Positions 42,692-52,408 of a DNA stretch of 64,000 nt are shown in pieces. How positions within the stretch are numbered: the stretch's first letter is position 1; each line of letters opens with the position of its first letter. The position numbers and the translations under genes were made by a program. The stretch comes from an uncultured Syntrophales bacterium (lineage in GTDB: Bacteria; Desulfobacterota; Syntrophia; Syntrophales; JADFWA01): assembly GCA_964454305.1 (NCBI GenBank), contig CAYVXX010000001.1, forward strand, positions 65,464 to 129,463, given 5' to 3'. A model generated the notes under the pieces. The model worked only from the letters and a program-made list of their open reading frames with translations, did no database searches and had not been told where the DNA came from.

Positions 42692-42927
42692 GATATCGCC
42701 TTTTCTTCAAGTAGTTCCAAAAACTTTCGGATATCTTTTTCCACCTCATTTTCATCAACATCGTATTCCTTTGAAATAACGGCTTTTATTTCCTCTTCAC
42801 TCTTACCTTCCTTCGACATCTTATATATGAGAAGAGCCGTCTCATTCAAAAAATGGCTGGTACCTCTTTCTACATCTATAATCATGCCTTCCCCATCAAC
42901 TTCCGCCAGAATTACATCATCTTCCAT
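42670..42927 (-). CDS. PqqD-family RiPP recognition element protein (first gene of the operon)
   Basis: VILAEVDGEGMIIDVERGTSHFLNETALLIYKMSKEGKSEEEIKAVISKEYDVDENEVEKDIRKFLELLEEKAI is the canonical PqqD pattern. Confidence 0.8.
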   Translation of the reverse strand: MEDDVILAEVDGEGMIIDVERGTSHFLNETALLIYKMSKEGKSEEEIKAVISKEYDVDENEVEKDIRKFLELLEEKAISWGKRNI

Positions 42928-43142
42928 AAAAGTCCTGCACTTTCCTGATCACCATGAGCCAACTTCAAGAAAACTTAATATTCCTTATGTAAGTATAACA
43001 CACTTTCCCTCAGGAATAAAATACGTTTTAATAACCCTTCAACGGCTACTGATATCTCTGCGAAGCAACCGAACAAATTTATTCTCCCCATAAATGTGTG
43101 TTGATTGAAATCGAGCACCTTTTTTAAATGTTCAGTTCAATT

Positions 43143-44594
43143 CTACTTCTTCCAGAATTCCGGGACCAGAAGTATAATAACGGTATAAATCTCAAGCCGT
43201 CCAACCAGCATACAGAACGACAGAACCCACTTTCCAATACAAGGAATTTCACTGTAAGTCGAAACAGGACCCACCATCCCGAATCCCGGCCCCACATTGC
43301 CGATAGTCGCCGCAACCGAGGAAAAGGCCGTCATCATATCCAACCCAAGTGAAGACATAATCAGGACAGCAACAACAGTCAACGAAAGGTACAGGAAGAA
43401 AAAACCCCAGATGCTCCCCATCACCTCTGAGGATACTGTGTTTTTCCCGAGTTTAACCGTAGCCACTGCATGAGGATGTATAAGCCTGTACAGTTCTTTA
43501 TAGCTGTGTTTTATTATAAGGAGTATTCTGAGACACTTTATGCTTCCACCAGTGGAACCTGCCGATCCCCCTATAAACATCAACAGAAGTAATATAATCT
43601 TGGAGAGTGCGGGCCAGTTGGCAAAGTTGTCTGTTGTATAACCTGTTGTGGTAAATATGGAAACCACCTGGAATGAGGCATAGCGGAAAGCTTTTGCCGT
43701 CTCGTCAAAGAGATTCATACGCAGATTCAGCGTTACTATAATTGTTGCAACAAGTGCAACTCCGAGAAAAAAGCGGAGTTCGCCGTTCTTAAAGAAGTCC
43801 TTAAAGTTTCCTGTCAGAAGGCTGTAATGAAGAGAGAAGTTGATTCCGGCCATCAGCATAAATACGGTAATCACAGCGTCTATGTATGCACTGTGGAACG
43901 AGGCTATACTGGCATCACTTGTAGAGAAGCCACCTGTAGCCATTGTTGTAAACGTATGACACATGGAATCAAAAACACTCATCCCTCCGAAAAGGAGCAG
44001 AATAAATTCAACTGTTGAGATAATAAAATAAACGATCCAGAGAGTCCTAGCCGTTTCTATAATACGCGGCTTAAGCTTGTCCTTTACCGGACTGGGGAGT
44101 TCCGCTTTATACAGTTGCATTCCACCTACTCCGAGGAACGGAAGAATGGTAATTGACAGTATAATAATACCCATGCCACCCAGCCACTGTGTGAAAGAAC
44201 GCCACATAAGTATCCCATGTGGAACGTCTGCTATACGTGTAATAACCGTTGCCCCGGTAGTTGTAAACCCGGACATCGATTCAAAAAACGCATCGGTAAA
44301 TGTAGGAAAGATCCCATGGATAAGGTAGGGAAGAGATCCGAAAGCCGCGGCAAGTATCCATCCGCCAGCTACTATTACAAAACCTTCTTTGTGGGTTAAC
44401 GATATCCTCTCCTCAAGCGGCCTGAAGATAAAATAAAAAAAAGCACCTGTGGCACAAGTAAGCACGAGGGATAAGATAAGGGCATTGAGGTCTCCTTCTC
44501 CGAAATAAACAGACCAGCCTATGGGAAGGAGCATGGCAAGACCAAAGTAGAAGAGGAATGCCCCTAAGATGTGGAAGATGTTCTCTATCTTCAT
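43143..44594 (-). CDS. trkH: Potassium uptake protein TrkH
   Basis: A 483-aa polytopic protein with repeated TTGAT/TTGYT/ATGGFS selectivity-filter-like motifs, adjacent to trkA. Confidence 0.85.
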   Translation of the reverse strand: MKIENIFHILGAFLFYFGLAMLLPIGWSVYFGEGDLNALILSLVLTCATGAFFYFIFRPLEERISLTHKEGFVIVAGGWILAAAFGSLPYLIHGIFPTFTDAFFESMSGFTTTGATVITRIADVPHGILMWRSFTQWLGGMGIIILSITILPFLGVGGMQLYKAELPSPVKDKLKPRIIETARTLWIVYFIISTVEFILLLFGGMSVFDSMCHTFTTMATGGFSTSDASIASFHSAYIDAVITVFMLMAGINFSLHYSLLTGNFKDFFKNGELRFFLGVALVATIIVTLNLRMNLFDETAKAFRYASFQVVSIFTTTGYTTDNFANWPALSKIILLLLMFIGGSAGSTGGSIKCLRILLIIKHSYKELYRLIHPHAVATVKLGKNTVSSEVMGSIWGFFFLYLSLTVVAVLIMSSLGLDMMTAFSSVAATIGNVGPGFGMVGPVSTYSEIPCIGKWVLSFCMLVGRLEIYTVIILLVPEFWKK

Positions 44595-45958
44595 TCAAAA
44601 TAATCCAGTTTGACTGTCAAGATCTTTTCTACCTGCGGAATTGCGCTACGGAGGGTAAAAATCACAACATGGTCTCCAGGAAGGATAACTGAGTCGCCAC
44701 CTGGAATGATAACTTCATCTCCTCGCATGATGGCACCTACTATCGTACCCTTGGGGAATTTGATCTCTTTTAAGGGTTTATTCGTTATTTCTGACGTCTC
44801 CAGTGCTACAACTTCAAAGATTTCCGCCCTGTCATCGTACAAAGGTGCGGCCGAAATAATCTTTCCCTTCCTTATGTAGTGTAATATCGTGCTGATTGCG
44901 GCATGTCTCGGGTTTATAACACCATCTATACCAACCGTAGAGATAAGATGAACGTAATCCGCCCTGCTTATCAGAGACATCACTTTTTTTGCTCCAAGCC
45001 GCTTTGCCAGAAGGGCACCCAAAATATTCGCTTCTTCATCATTTGTCACTGCAATAAAATAATCCGTATCCTGAATATTCTCCTCCTTTAGCAGTTCCTG
45101 GCTTGTTCCATCACCATGGAGACAAACGGTCTTATTTAATTGGGACGCCAGGATTTCACACCTGTCCTGCCTTTTTTCGATAATCTTGGTGGAAATACCT
45201 CTCTTCTCGAGGAGTTCAGCCAGCATAAAACCCGTTATCCCCCCCCCCATTATTATCACCCTCTTGGGAGGGTCGAGATCCTTGCCGAAGAAATTAAGTA
45301 CTTCCCTGACTTCAGTCGATTCTGCCACAGCAAACAGATAATCGTTTTCCTCAATAACAGAATTACCGGTCGGTACAATCAGCTTATCCCCCCGGGTTAT
45401 CGATACAATCAAAACTTTCCTTCCACCGCTCAGCTCTCTAATTTTACTCAGTTTTTTCCCTATCACAACACAATCGCCATCAACATTAAACCCTACAAGC
45501 CGAATGAGACCTCCGGCAAAATCGATAATCTCTGAAGCACCGGGAAATTCCATGAGATTCACGGCATTTTTTACCGCTTCACGCTCCGGATTTATGCAAA
45601 GGTCTATATTAAGATGGTTTTTGTCGAAGAGTTCATGTTTTTCGTTTAGTTCCGGACTTCTTATCCTGGCAATCTTGAGAGGCACATTCGATTGCGTAGC
45701 GGCAAGCAGACAGGCTATCATATTTATCTCGTCACTATCGGTTACGGCAACAATCATATCAGAGCGATCAAGACCAGCCTCTCTCAAAATATGTGGACTG
45801 CTTCCGCTCCCCAATATCGCCTGTACATCCAGGCTTTCAGAAACCATCTTTAACTGCTTTTCATTTTTATCTATAATGACAACATCGTTACCCTCTTTAG
45901 AAAGGATATCTGCTATGTTGTAACCGACCTCGCCTGCGCCTATTATTATTATTCTCAC
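44591..45958 (-). CDS. trkA: Potassium uptake protein TrkA (two RCK/NAD-binding domains)
   Basis: MRIIIIGAGEVGYNIA and a second VIIMGGGITGFMLA Rossmann motif. Confidence 0.9.
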   Translation of the reverse strand: MRIIIIGAGEVGYNIADILSKEGNDVVIIDKNEKQLKMVSESLDVQAILGSGSSPHILREAGLDRSDMIVAVTDSDEINMIACLLAATQSNVPLKIARIRSPELNEKHELFDKNHLNIDLCINPEREAVKNAVNLMEFPGASEIIDFAGGLIRLVGFNVDGDCVVIGKKLSKIRELSGGRKVLIVSITRGDKLIVPTGNSVIEENDYLFAVAESTEVREVLNFFGKDLDPPKRVIIMGGGITGFMLAELLEKRGISTKIIEKRQDRCEILASQLNKTVCLHGDGTSQELLKEENIQDTDYFIAVTNDEEANILGALLAKRLGAKKVMSLISRADYVHLISTVGIDGVINPRHAAISTILHYIRKGKIISAAPLYDDRAEIFEVVALETSEITNKPLKEIKFPKGTIVGAIMRGDEVIIPGGDSVILPGDHVVIFTLRSAIPQVEKILTVKLDYFE

Positions 45959-46004
45959 CTTTGTGCATCCTCCGGTAAGGTATCAGATAGTGGCATTTGA
46001 TATT

Positions 46005-46562
46005 TTATATCAAATCTGAAATATTAATCTTGACCTTCTCCTTGACGCTCACCTTAAACTTGTGCAAGCCAAGAACAATTTCGTCAAGACAGGCCTCATC
46101 ACCCAGTATACAGGGTGAAACTGAACCCCATTTCTCGACATTCTTAAAAAGAAAATCAAAGCATCCCGTAATCATGGCCTCTGTCATCAGCGGTACTTCC
46201 AGGTTGCACCTGCCGAAGGCCGGGATGTCAAAGGCAAAGTCAACGCAATTTATTTTTGTGATTGTATGAGAAATATCATATCCTGCCATATATAATGTAT
46301 CATAGGTTAGTTCAGTCGCTTCTCCTAAACCAAAAAGCAACACTTTTGAAGAGGGGATTCGTTGATGAGGGGCAATAAGAACTTTTTCCATGAAGATGCC
46401 GGTAATTTTACCATTCGCAATCTTTGTTGAAATCATGCCGTTGAGACGCCAATCAACAAGGCCACAGTAACCTCTCGGCGGTCTTTCGTTAGAAAAGCAC
46501 CCGAGAATCAGCCCTTCATGATCGAGTATGTCCGGTGGTTTTGTCGATATCCTAATCTGCAT
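46005..46562 (-). CDS. Conserved hypothetical protein (possibly M17-aminopeptidase-N-terminal/macro-like fold)
   Basis: An ordinary 185-aa ORF with an 11-nt overlap with the nusB end. No firm motif recognised. Confidence 0.4.
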   Translation of the reverse strand: MQIRISTKPPDILDHEGLILGCFSNERPPRGYCGLVDWRLNGMISTKIANGKITGIFMEKVLIAPHQRIPSSKVLLFGLGEATELTYDTLYMAGYDISHTITKINCVDFAFDIPAFGRCNLEVPLMTEAMITGCFDFLFKNVEKWGSVSPCILGDEACLDEIVLGLHKFKVSVKEKVKINISDLI

Positions 46563-46971
46563 TTTCCCTTTGCAACCTTACATACAAGGCATCCAGAATA
46601 CCGTTTATAAAAGAACCTGAATTCTCTGAACCATAATTTTTCCCAAGATCTATTGCCTCATTAAGGGTTACCTTGTAAGGAATGTCATGGCAGTATAAAA
46701 GCTCATATGTGGCCATTCGGAGTATATTCCTATCCACTTTTGCCATTCTTCCGAGAGACCAGTTTTCGGAACAACTGTCAATAAGCTTGTCTATCCCTTC
46801 TCTGTGATTCGATGTACCCTCTATCAACTTGAAAGAAAATTCACTTGCCTCTTCCGACACTTCAAAATTGCTCCAGAAAAGCTGGATGGCCTCTTTGGCA
46901 TCAACCTTTAAAACATCAATCTGATAAAGAACCTGTAAGGCAATCTCTCTTGCCTTTCTCCTGCGACCCAT
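46552..46971 (-). CDS. nusB: Transcription antitermination factor NusB
   Basis: MGRRRKAREIALQVLYQ. Start at Met28 of ORF 46552..47052, which avoids overlap with ribH. Confidence 0.9.
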   Translation of the reverse strand: MGRRRKAREIALQVLYQIDVLKVDAKEAIQLFWSNFEVSEEASEFSFKLIEGTSNHREGIDKLIDSCSENWSLGRMAKVDRNILRMATYELLYCHDIPYKVTLNEAIDLGKNYGSENSGSFINGILDALYVRLQRENAD

Positions 46972-46997
46972 TAATCTTCCTAAATATACGTGAGTTC

Positions 46998-47468
46998 CTA
47001 TAACTTCCTGAAAAGATCGACCATTTCTATAGCAGAGATTGCGGCATCCCATCCCTTGTTACCAGATTTTGAACCTGCTCTTTCTATCGCCTGTTCAATT
47101 GTATCCGCAGTAATGACACCAAAGGCTATTGGAATTTCGGTCTCTAATGCCACAACGGCAATTCCCTTCGAAACCTCGGCACTAATGTACTCAAAATGAG
47201 GAGTGGCTCCCCTTATCACAGCACCAAGACATATAACGGCATCAAATTTACCGCTCTTTGCAAGCTTCTTGGCTGTCAGCGGTATCTCAAAAGCTCCGGG
47301 AACTTTCACAATATATATATCTTTTTCATCCGCTCCAGCCCTTTTAAGGGCATCTTCGGCACCACCTATGAGCCTCTCACAAATGAAATCATTAAAACGG
47401 CTGGCGACCAGGCCAAACTTCATACCCTTTGCAATAATTTTTCCTTCGATTATTTTCGACATCATCAT
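46998..47468 (-). CDS. ribH: 6,7-dimethyl-8-ribityllumazine synthase
   Basis: [12 protein letters not shown]...VPGAFEIP...[17 protein letters not shown]. Confidence 0.95.
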   Translation of the reverse strand: MMMSKIIEGKIIAKGMKFGLVASRFNDFICERLIGGAEDALKRAGADEKDIYIVKVPGAFEIPLTAKKLAKSGKFDAVICLGAVIRGATPHFEYISAEVSKGIAVVALETEIPIAFGVITADTIEQAIERAGSKSGNKGWDAAISAIEMVDLFRKL

Positions 47469-47487
47469 TTCTCCATTCTTCTTTTAT

Positions 47488-47590
47488 AAAAACAGAAAAC
47501 AGAATTCAGGAGCAAGGAGTCAGAATAAAAAGATTATAAATAATATATTCCGATTCCCTTCTGAATTTTGAATTCTGGCTTCTGACTTCT
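47488..47590. repeat. Inverted arrays of heptamer repeats (NNCAGAA / TTCTGNN) flanking an AT-rich centre
   Basis: The left array (47488-47527) reads aaaacag aaaacag aattcag gagcaag gagtcag. The right array (47558-47590) reads ttctgaa ttttgaa ttctggc ttctgac. It lies between ribBA and ribH. Confidence 0.7.
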
Positions 47591-47593
47591 TTT

Positions 47594-48796
47594 TTATATA
47601 TCCAGCAGGTGTCCCATCCGCTCCTTTTTCGTCGTAAGATAACGGACGTTATTCTCGCTGGGCTTGATTTCTATAGGAACCCTCTCGATAATCTTAACAC
47701 CGTAACCCTGAAGCCCGACAATCTTTTTGGGATTATTCGTTATCAATCTCATCTTTTTCACACCCAGGTCAACGAGTATCTGGGCGCCTATCCCGTAATC
47801 CCTCAGATCTTCTTTAAATCCGAGTTCGATATTTGCCTCAACCGTATCTCTCCCCAGTTCCTGTAAATGATAGGCCCTTATCTTATTTGCCAGACCAATG
47901 CCTCTTCCTTCCTGATGCATGTATATAATGATCCCCTTGCCCTCTTTTTCCACCATCTTCATGGCAGCATGTAGCTGATCACCGCAGTCACATCTCTCTG
48001 AACCGAAGACATCACCCGTCAGGCACTCAGAATGAACCCTCACCAGCACCTCATCCTCATGTCTAATGTCACCCTTAACCAGAGCAACATGCTTCAAGCT
48101 GTCAACATCATTTTCATAAACTATTACATTAAACTCGCCTCCATAGCTGGTTGGAAGAACAGCAGTTGCAATTCTTCTAACAAGAGATTCGTTTTGTAAC
48201 CTGAAGTTGATTAAATCAGCAATCGTTACTATTTTTAATCCGTGTTTTTTCGCAAATATCTCCAGATCAGGCATCCTCGCCATGGTACCATCTTCATTCA
48301 TAACCTCACAGATGACACCAGAAGGTTTCAGTCCAGAGAGCCGCGCGAGGTCAACAGAACCCTCAGTCTGTCCGGTTCTCACGAGAACGCCCCCTGTCTT
48401 GGCACGGAGAGGAAATACATGTCCCGGACTTACGATGTCATCCGGACTGGCATCATCAGCGACGGCTGTCAGTATCGTGGTTGCTCTATCGGCTGCAGAG
48501 ATCCCCGTGGTAACACCCTGCCTGGCTTCGATAGAAACTGTGAACGCCGTCTGGAAACGGGATCTGTTGTCCTGCACCATCAAGGGAAGTTTCAGCTTGT
48601 CGGCGCTTTCGTTATCAAGCGAGAGGCATATTAATCCCCTGCCATACTTTGCCATAAAGTTAACCGCCTCTGGAGTAATATGCTCCGAGGCTATACATAG
48701 ATCACCCTCGTTCTCCCTATCTTCATCATCCACCAGGATAACCATCTTACCATCTTTAATATCTTCAATGGCTTCTTCAATCGTACTAACACTCAT
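47594..48796 (-). CDS. ribBA: Bifunctional 3,4-dihydroxy-2-butanone-4-phosphate synthase / GTP cyclohydrolase II
   Basis: DDEDRENEGDL (RibB) and VHSECLTGDVFGSERCDCG (RibA). Start at ATG 48796, directly after the ribE stop. Confidence 0.95.
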   Translation of the reverse strand: MSVSTIEEAIEDIKDGKMVILVDDEDRENEGDLCIASEHITPEAVNFMAKYGRGLICLSLDNESADKLKLPLMVQDNRSRFQTAFTVSIEARQGVTTGISAADRATTILTAVADDASPDDIVSPGHVFPLRAKTGGVLVRTGQTEGSVDLARLSGLKPSGVICEVMNEDGTMARMPDLEIFAKKHGLKIVTIADLINFRLQNESLVRRIATAVLPTSYGGEFNVIVYENDVDSLKHVALVKGDIRHEDEVLVRVHSECLTGDVFGSERCDCGDQLHAAMKMVEKEGKGIIIYMHQEGRGIGLANKIRAYHLQELGRDTVEANIELGFKEDLRDYGIGAQILVDLGVKKMRLITNNPKKIVGLQGYGVKIIERVPIEIKPSENNVRYLTTKKERMGHLLDI

Positions 48797-48797
48797 A

Positions 48798-49445
48798 TTA
48801 CCCTTTCTCCTCCTGTACAAAGCCGTGTTCGGCTAAAAATGCCATATCAATTCCCTTATCACGGCGCAACAGTTTTTCCACATATTTTCCCAATATATCC
48901 GTCTCTATATTTACCGGATTAGCGACGTTTTTGAATCCCAGCGTTGTAACGCGGGCGGTATGGGGGACTATATTAACATAAAATCTGTTCTTTTCACACC
49001 TGTTTACCGTAAGGCTGATACCATCAACGGTTATAGACCCTTTCTCCACCATATACTTGCTAAATGCTGAATCTATCTCAACGCCGAATATTATGGAGTT
49101 TGATTTTACGACCTTTTCACAGATTTTTCCGACACAGTCAACATGTCCCAAGACGATATGCCCTCCTAGAAAATCATTCACTTTTAAGGACTTTTCCAGG
49201 TTTACCCTGTCTCCCCTTTTTAACATCCTCAGAGTTGTTTTTGACAGCGTTTCCGCTGAAACATCAACGGTAAAACTATCACCGGTTTTGACAGTCACCG
49301 TAAGACACACTCCGCTCACCGAAATACTGCCTCCAATCGCCACATCATCAAGGCTCATGGAGGTATCTATCTCCAGAAGGGCATCCTCTCCCTTCTTCGA
49401 CATCCTCCTGACATTTCCCATTTCTTCTATGATACCGGTGAACAT
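48798..49445 (-). CDS. ribE: Riboflavin synthase alpha chain
   Basis: MFTGIIEEMG...SVSGVCLTV, repeated as VDGISLTV. Confidence 0.95.
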   Translation of the reverse strand: MFTGIIEEMGNVRRMSKKGEDALLEIDTSMSLDDVAIGGSISVSGVCLTVTVKTGDSFTVDVSAETLSKTTLRMLKRGDRVNLEKSLKVNDFLGGHIVLGHVDCVGKICEKVVKSNSIIFGVEIDSAFSKYMVEKGSITVDGISLTVNRCEKNRFYVNIVPHTARVTTLGFKNVANPVNIETDILGKYVEKLLRRDKGIDMAFLAEHGFVQEEKG

Positions 49446-49465
49446 CTTAATACAATTAGCCTATC

Positions 49466-49927
49466 CTATCTATCTTTAGTACTCAAGAGATCCTTCAGTT
49501 CATCCAAAAATTCACTAACATCCCGAAACTGCCTGTATACCGATGCAAATCTTACATAGGCGACTCCATCAACATCGTGAAGCTCCGCCATAACTCTCTC
49601 TCCTATAAGAGATGAAGGAATTTCCCTCGCAGGAAACTCTTGACAGGCTTGCTCGATCCTCTCAACCATATTTTCGATAATATTGATACTGATGGGACGT
49701 TTTTCACAAGCCTTTTTTATTCCGGACAGTATTTTTACTCTGTCGAACGTCTCTCTCCTGCCGTCCTTTTTTACCACCACCGGAAGGCTTTCCTCCACAA
49801 ATTCATAGGTGGTAAATCTTTTTTTACAGGCAAGACATTCTCTTCGTCTCCGAATAGCATTACCATCCTTGCTTATTCGAGAATCAATAACTTTGTTTTC
49901 TGCATTTGCGCAAAAAGGACACTTCAC
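49466..49927 (-). CDS. nrdR: Transcriptional repressor NrdR
   Basis: [17 protein letters not shown] zinc ribbon plus an ATP-cone. Confidence 0.95.
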   Translation of the reverse strand: MKCPFCANAENKVIDSRISKDGNAIRRRRECLACKKRFTTYEFVEESLPVVVKKDGRRETFDRVKILSGIKKACEKRPISINIIENMVERIEQACQEFPAREIPSSLIGERVMAELHDVDGVAYVRFASVYRQFRDVSEFLDELKDLLSTKDR

Positions 49928-50424
49928 AATTTCGATACCTTAATACCAGCTTCCCTCAACATCTCCGCTGACAGCTTATCACTATAACCTTCCAGATAAA
50001 CAATACCGATTATGCCAGCATTTATTATCATCTTTGAACATATTATACAGGGGTGATTTGTACAGTACATTACAGCATTTTTAGTGCTGACTCCATGGAG
50101 GGCAGCCTGAATGATTGCATTCTGTTCCGCATGTAATCCCCGACAAAGTTCGTGTCGTTCGCCGGAAGGAACGCCCAATTGTTCCCGTAAACAACCTGTA
50201 TCCACGCAATGGCGAACCCCTGTCGGCACACCATTGTACCCTGTAGCAAGTATCCTTTTATCTTTTACTAAAACGGCCCCTACGTGGCGCCTCAAACATG
50301 TGGAACGCCTCGACACGAGTCCCACTATGTCCATAAAATATTCATCCCAATCCGGCCGCTCAGTTCCGAGTTCCGAGTTCTGAGTTCTGAGTTCCGGGTT
50401 TGGGGTTCCGGGTTTTATTACCAT
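49924..50424 (-). CDS. dCMP deaminase (ComEB-type cytidine/deoxycytidylate deaminase)
   Basis: WDEYFM...[12 protein letters not shown]...HAEQNAI...[14 protein letters not shown]. The N-terminal ~20 codons are encoded by heptamer-repeat DNA. Confidence 0.85.
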   Translation of the reverse strand: MVIKPGTPNPELRTQNSELGTERPDWDEYFMDIVGLVSRRSTCLRRHVGAVLVKDKRILATGYNGVPTGVRHCVDTGCLREQLGVPSGERHELCRGLHAEQNAIIQAALHGVSTKNAVMYCTNHPCIICSKMIINAGIIGIVYLEGYSDKLSAEMLREAGIKVSKL

Positions 50425-50520
50425 TGAACTTGTTCTCCTGATCTCTCTCTATGCTCCCTGTAGTGAGTCGAAACTTTGAACTCTAAACTCTAAACTTTAA
50501 ACTTTGAACTCTAAATTCTA
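50361..50520. repeat. Inverted arrays of heptamer repeats (GTTCYGA ... TYTRAAC)
   Basis: The left array (50361-50417) reads gttccga gttccga gttctga gttctga gttccgg gtttggg gttccgg and lies inside the 5' end of the deaminase ORF. The right array (50469-50520) reads tttgaac tctaaac tctaaac tttaaac tttgaac tctaaat and reaches the glyA stop. Confidence 0.7.
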
Positions 50521-51755
50521 TCACTGTAAAGAGGAAACTTCTCACAGAGAGATCTGACTTCTTCCCTCACTTCCACCAACCGTTTCTCGTCATTAATGTT
50601 CTTGAGAGTGTCGGAAATTAAGCGGGCTATGATTTTCATTTCCCCTTCTTTCATTCCTCTTGTCGTCACGGCAGGTGTCCCGATCCTGATTCCGCTGGCA
50701 ATCTGCGGTCCTTTTGTATCAAAGGGGATGGTGTTTTTGTTGACTGTTATGCCGGCCCTGTCAAGAGTTTCATCGGCATCCTTTCCGGTAATCCCTTTAT
50801 CTGTAAGATCAATGAGAAAGAGATGATTGTCTGTTCCTCCGGAAACGAGGCGAAATCCAAGAGAAATCAACTCGTCCGCCATGGCCTTCGCATTCTTTAC
50901 AATCTGTCCCTGATACTCTTTAAACTCATCAGTCAACGCCTCTTTTAATGCCACCGCTTTGGCGGCAATGACGTGCATAAGGGGGCCTCCCTGGCTTCCG
51001 GGAAATACACGGCTGTTCATCACTTTAGCATAATCCTCCATGCACATAATAAGTCCTCCCCGTGGACCCCGTAGTGTCTTGTGGGTGGTTGTCGTCACAA
51101 ACTCACAGAGGGGAATCGGCGTCGGATGAAAGCCCGTAGCCACAAGACCCGCAATGTGGGCGATATCCGCCATGACGACTGCTCCCACCTTGTCCGCTAT
51201 TTCTCTGAAGGATTTAAAGTCTATCGTCCTTGGATAGGCACTCGCCCCTACCACGATTATCTTAGGCTTGTGCTTCTTTGCCTGATCCTCAACTTCACTG
51301 AAATCTATCGTCTCCGTCTCTTTGTCCACACCGTAGGAAACAACATTGTAAAGTCTTCCGGAAAAGTTGACCGGACTCCCATGTGAGAGATGCCCACCAT
51401 GAGAGAGATTCATTCCTAAAATGGTGTCTCCCGGTTGGAGCACCGAAAAATAGACGGCCATATTTGCCTGTGTTCCAGAGTGCGGCTGAACGTTAACATG
51501 ATCAGCACCAAAAAGCTGTTTTGCCCGCTCTATCGCAAGGGACTCTACGATATCGACGAATTCGCAACCCCCGTAATATCTCTTTCCCGGGTAACCCTCC
51601 GCATATTTGTTAGTCATGACGCAACCCTGGGCCTCAAGTACAGCCTCACTGGCAAAGTTCTCTGACGCAATCAACTCCAGCTTTCCCGCCTGCCGTTTCG
51701 TTTCATTTAATATCGCCTTGAAAACCTCCGGGTCAGTCTTCTCTAAAATAGACAT
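50511..51755 (-). CDS. glyA: Serine hydroxymethyltransferase
   Basis: LIASENF...[14 protein letters not shown]. Start probably at [10 protein letters not shown] (Met8 of the ORF). Confidence 0.95.
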   Translation of the reverse strand: MSILEKTDPEVFKAILNETKRQAGKLELIASENFASEAVLEAQGCVMTNKYAEGYPGKRYYGGCEFVDIVESLAIERAKQLFGADHVNVQPHSGTQANMAVYFSVLQPGDTILGMNLSHGGHLSHGSPVNFSGRLYNVVSYGVDKETETIDFSEVEDQAKKHKPKIIVVGASAYPRTIDFKSFREIADKVGAVVMADIAHIAGLVATGFHPTPIPLCEFVTTTTHKTLRGPRGGLIMCMEDYAKVMNSRVFPGSQGGPLMHVIAAKAVALKEALTDEFKEYQGQIVKNAKAMADELISLGFRLVSGGTDNHLFLIDLTDKGITGKDADETLDRAGITVNKNTIPFDTKGPQIASGIRIGTPAVTTRGMKEGEMKIIARLISDTLKNINDEKRLVEVREEVRSLCEKFPLYSDRI

Positions 51756-51891
51756 TGTTAATATTTTTCCTCCCATGATAAATTTATTGTTAATACTATA
51801 AACAATTAATAATATCTTATATTTTAGATTTTCTCAAGTTCTCTGCTCGGTGAACACGCTCTCCACATTCCGCTTCGAAGAGATGTAATAC

Positions 51892-52362
51892 TTAAGTTAT
51901 CTGTAATTGTTTCTCTATATCGGTGATTTTGTTGAGCCGCCTACTATGCCGTTCCCCTTCGAATTCAGTTTCCAGCCATGTTGTGATAATGACTTTCGCT
52001 GTCTTAATATCCGTTCTCCTCCCGGCGAGGACAAGGACATTTGTGTCGTTATGTTTCCTGCTCATGCGTGCCGTCTCACTATCAAGACACAGTACTGCCC
52101 GGACACCTGAAAATTTATTTGCCACTATCGTCATCCCGACACCTGAACCACATACCAATATCCCTCGTACGAATTCTCCCGAAGAGACCTTTTCAGCAAC
52201 CTTCGCACCGAAGTCAGGATAGTCCACCGATTCATCACTGTGTGTACCCACATCCAGCACCTCCAGACCCATTTCACTAAGAAATTCCCTCACATCCTCT
52301 TTGAGGAAAAACCCGGCATGGTCGGAACCTATAATAATCCTGAGAATATTGCTGATCTTCAT
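51892..52362 (-). CDS. rpiB: Ribose-5-phosphate isomerase B
   Basis: IIGSDHAGFFLKE...ILVCGSGVGMTIVANK. Confidence 0.9.
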   Translation of the reverse strand: MKISNILRIIIGSDHAGFFLKEDVREFLSEMGLEVLDVGTHSDESVDYPDFGAKVAEKVSSGEFVRGILVCGSGVGMTIVANKFSGVRAVLCLDSETARMSRKHNDTNVLVLAGRRTDIKTAKVIITTWLETEFEGERHSRRLNKITDIEKQLQIT

Positions 52363-52408
52363 CGGTTTTCCGATACGTCACTCCTCATTTTTTAAATACC
52401 AATAAAAA

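Noticed and set aside
35910-42927. The RiPP-like block as a horizontally acquired island with mobility genes
   Set aside because: No integrase, transposase, flanking tRNA or direct repeats were seen. The region looks only slightly more A/T-rich by spot counts (about 40 vs 45 percent GC in two 60-nt samples), which is too weak to claim without computation.
42608-43093. 161-aa plus-strand ORF
   Set aside because: It is antisense to the candidate precursor and PqqD genes. Its Ser/Phe-rich, low-complexity translation marks it as a shadow frame.
48207-48836. 209-aa plus-strand ORF (also 48242..48634)
   Set aside because: It is antisense to ribBA. It has Ser/Pro-rich, low-complexity composition typical of a shadow frame.
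47488-50520. Heptamer arrays as a possible CRISPR array
   Set aside because: The units are only 7 nt, directly tandem without spacers, and arranged as inverted arrays. No cas genes are present in the window.
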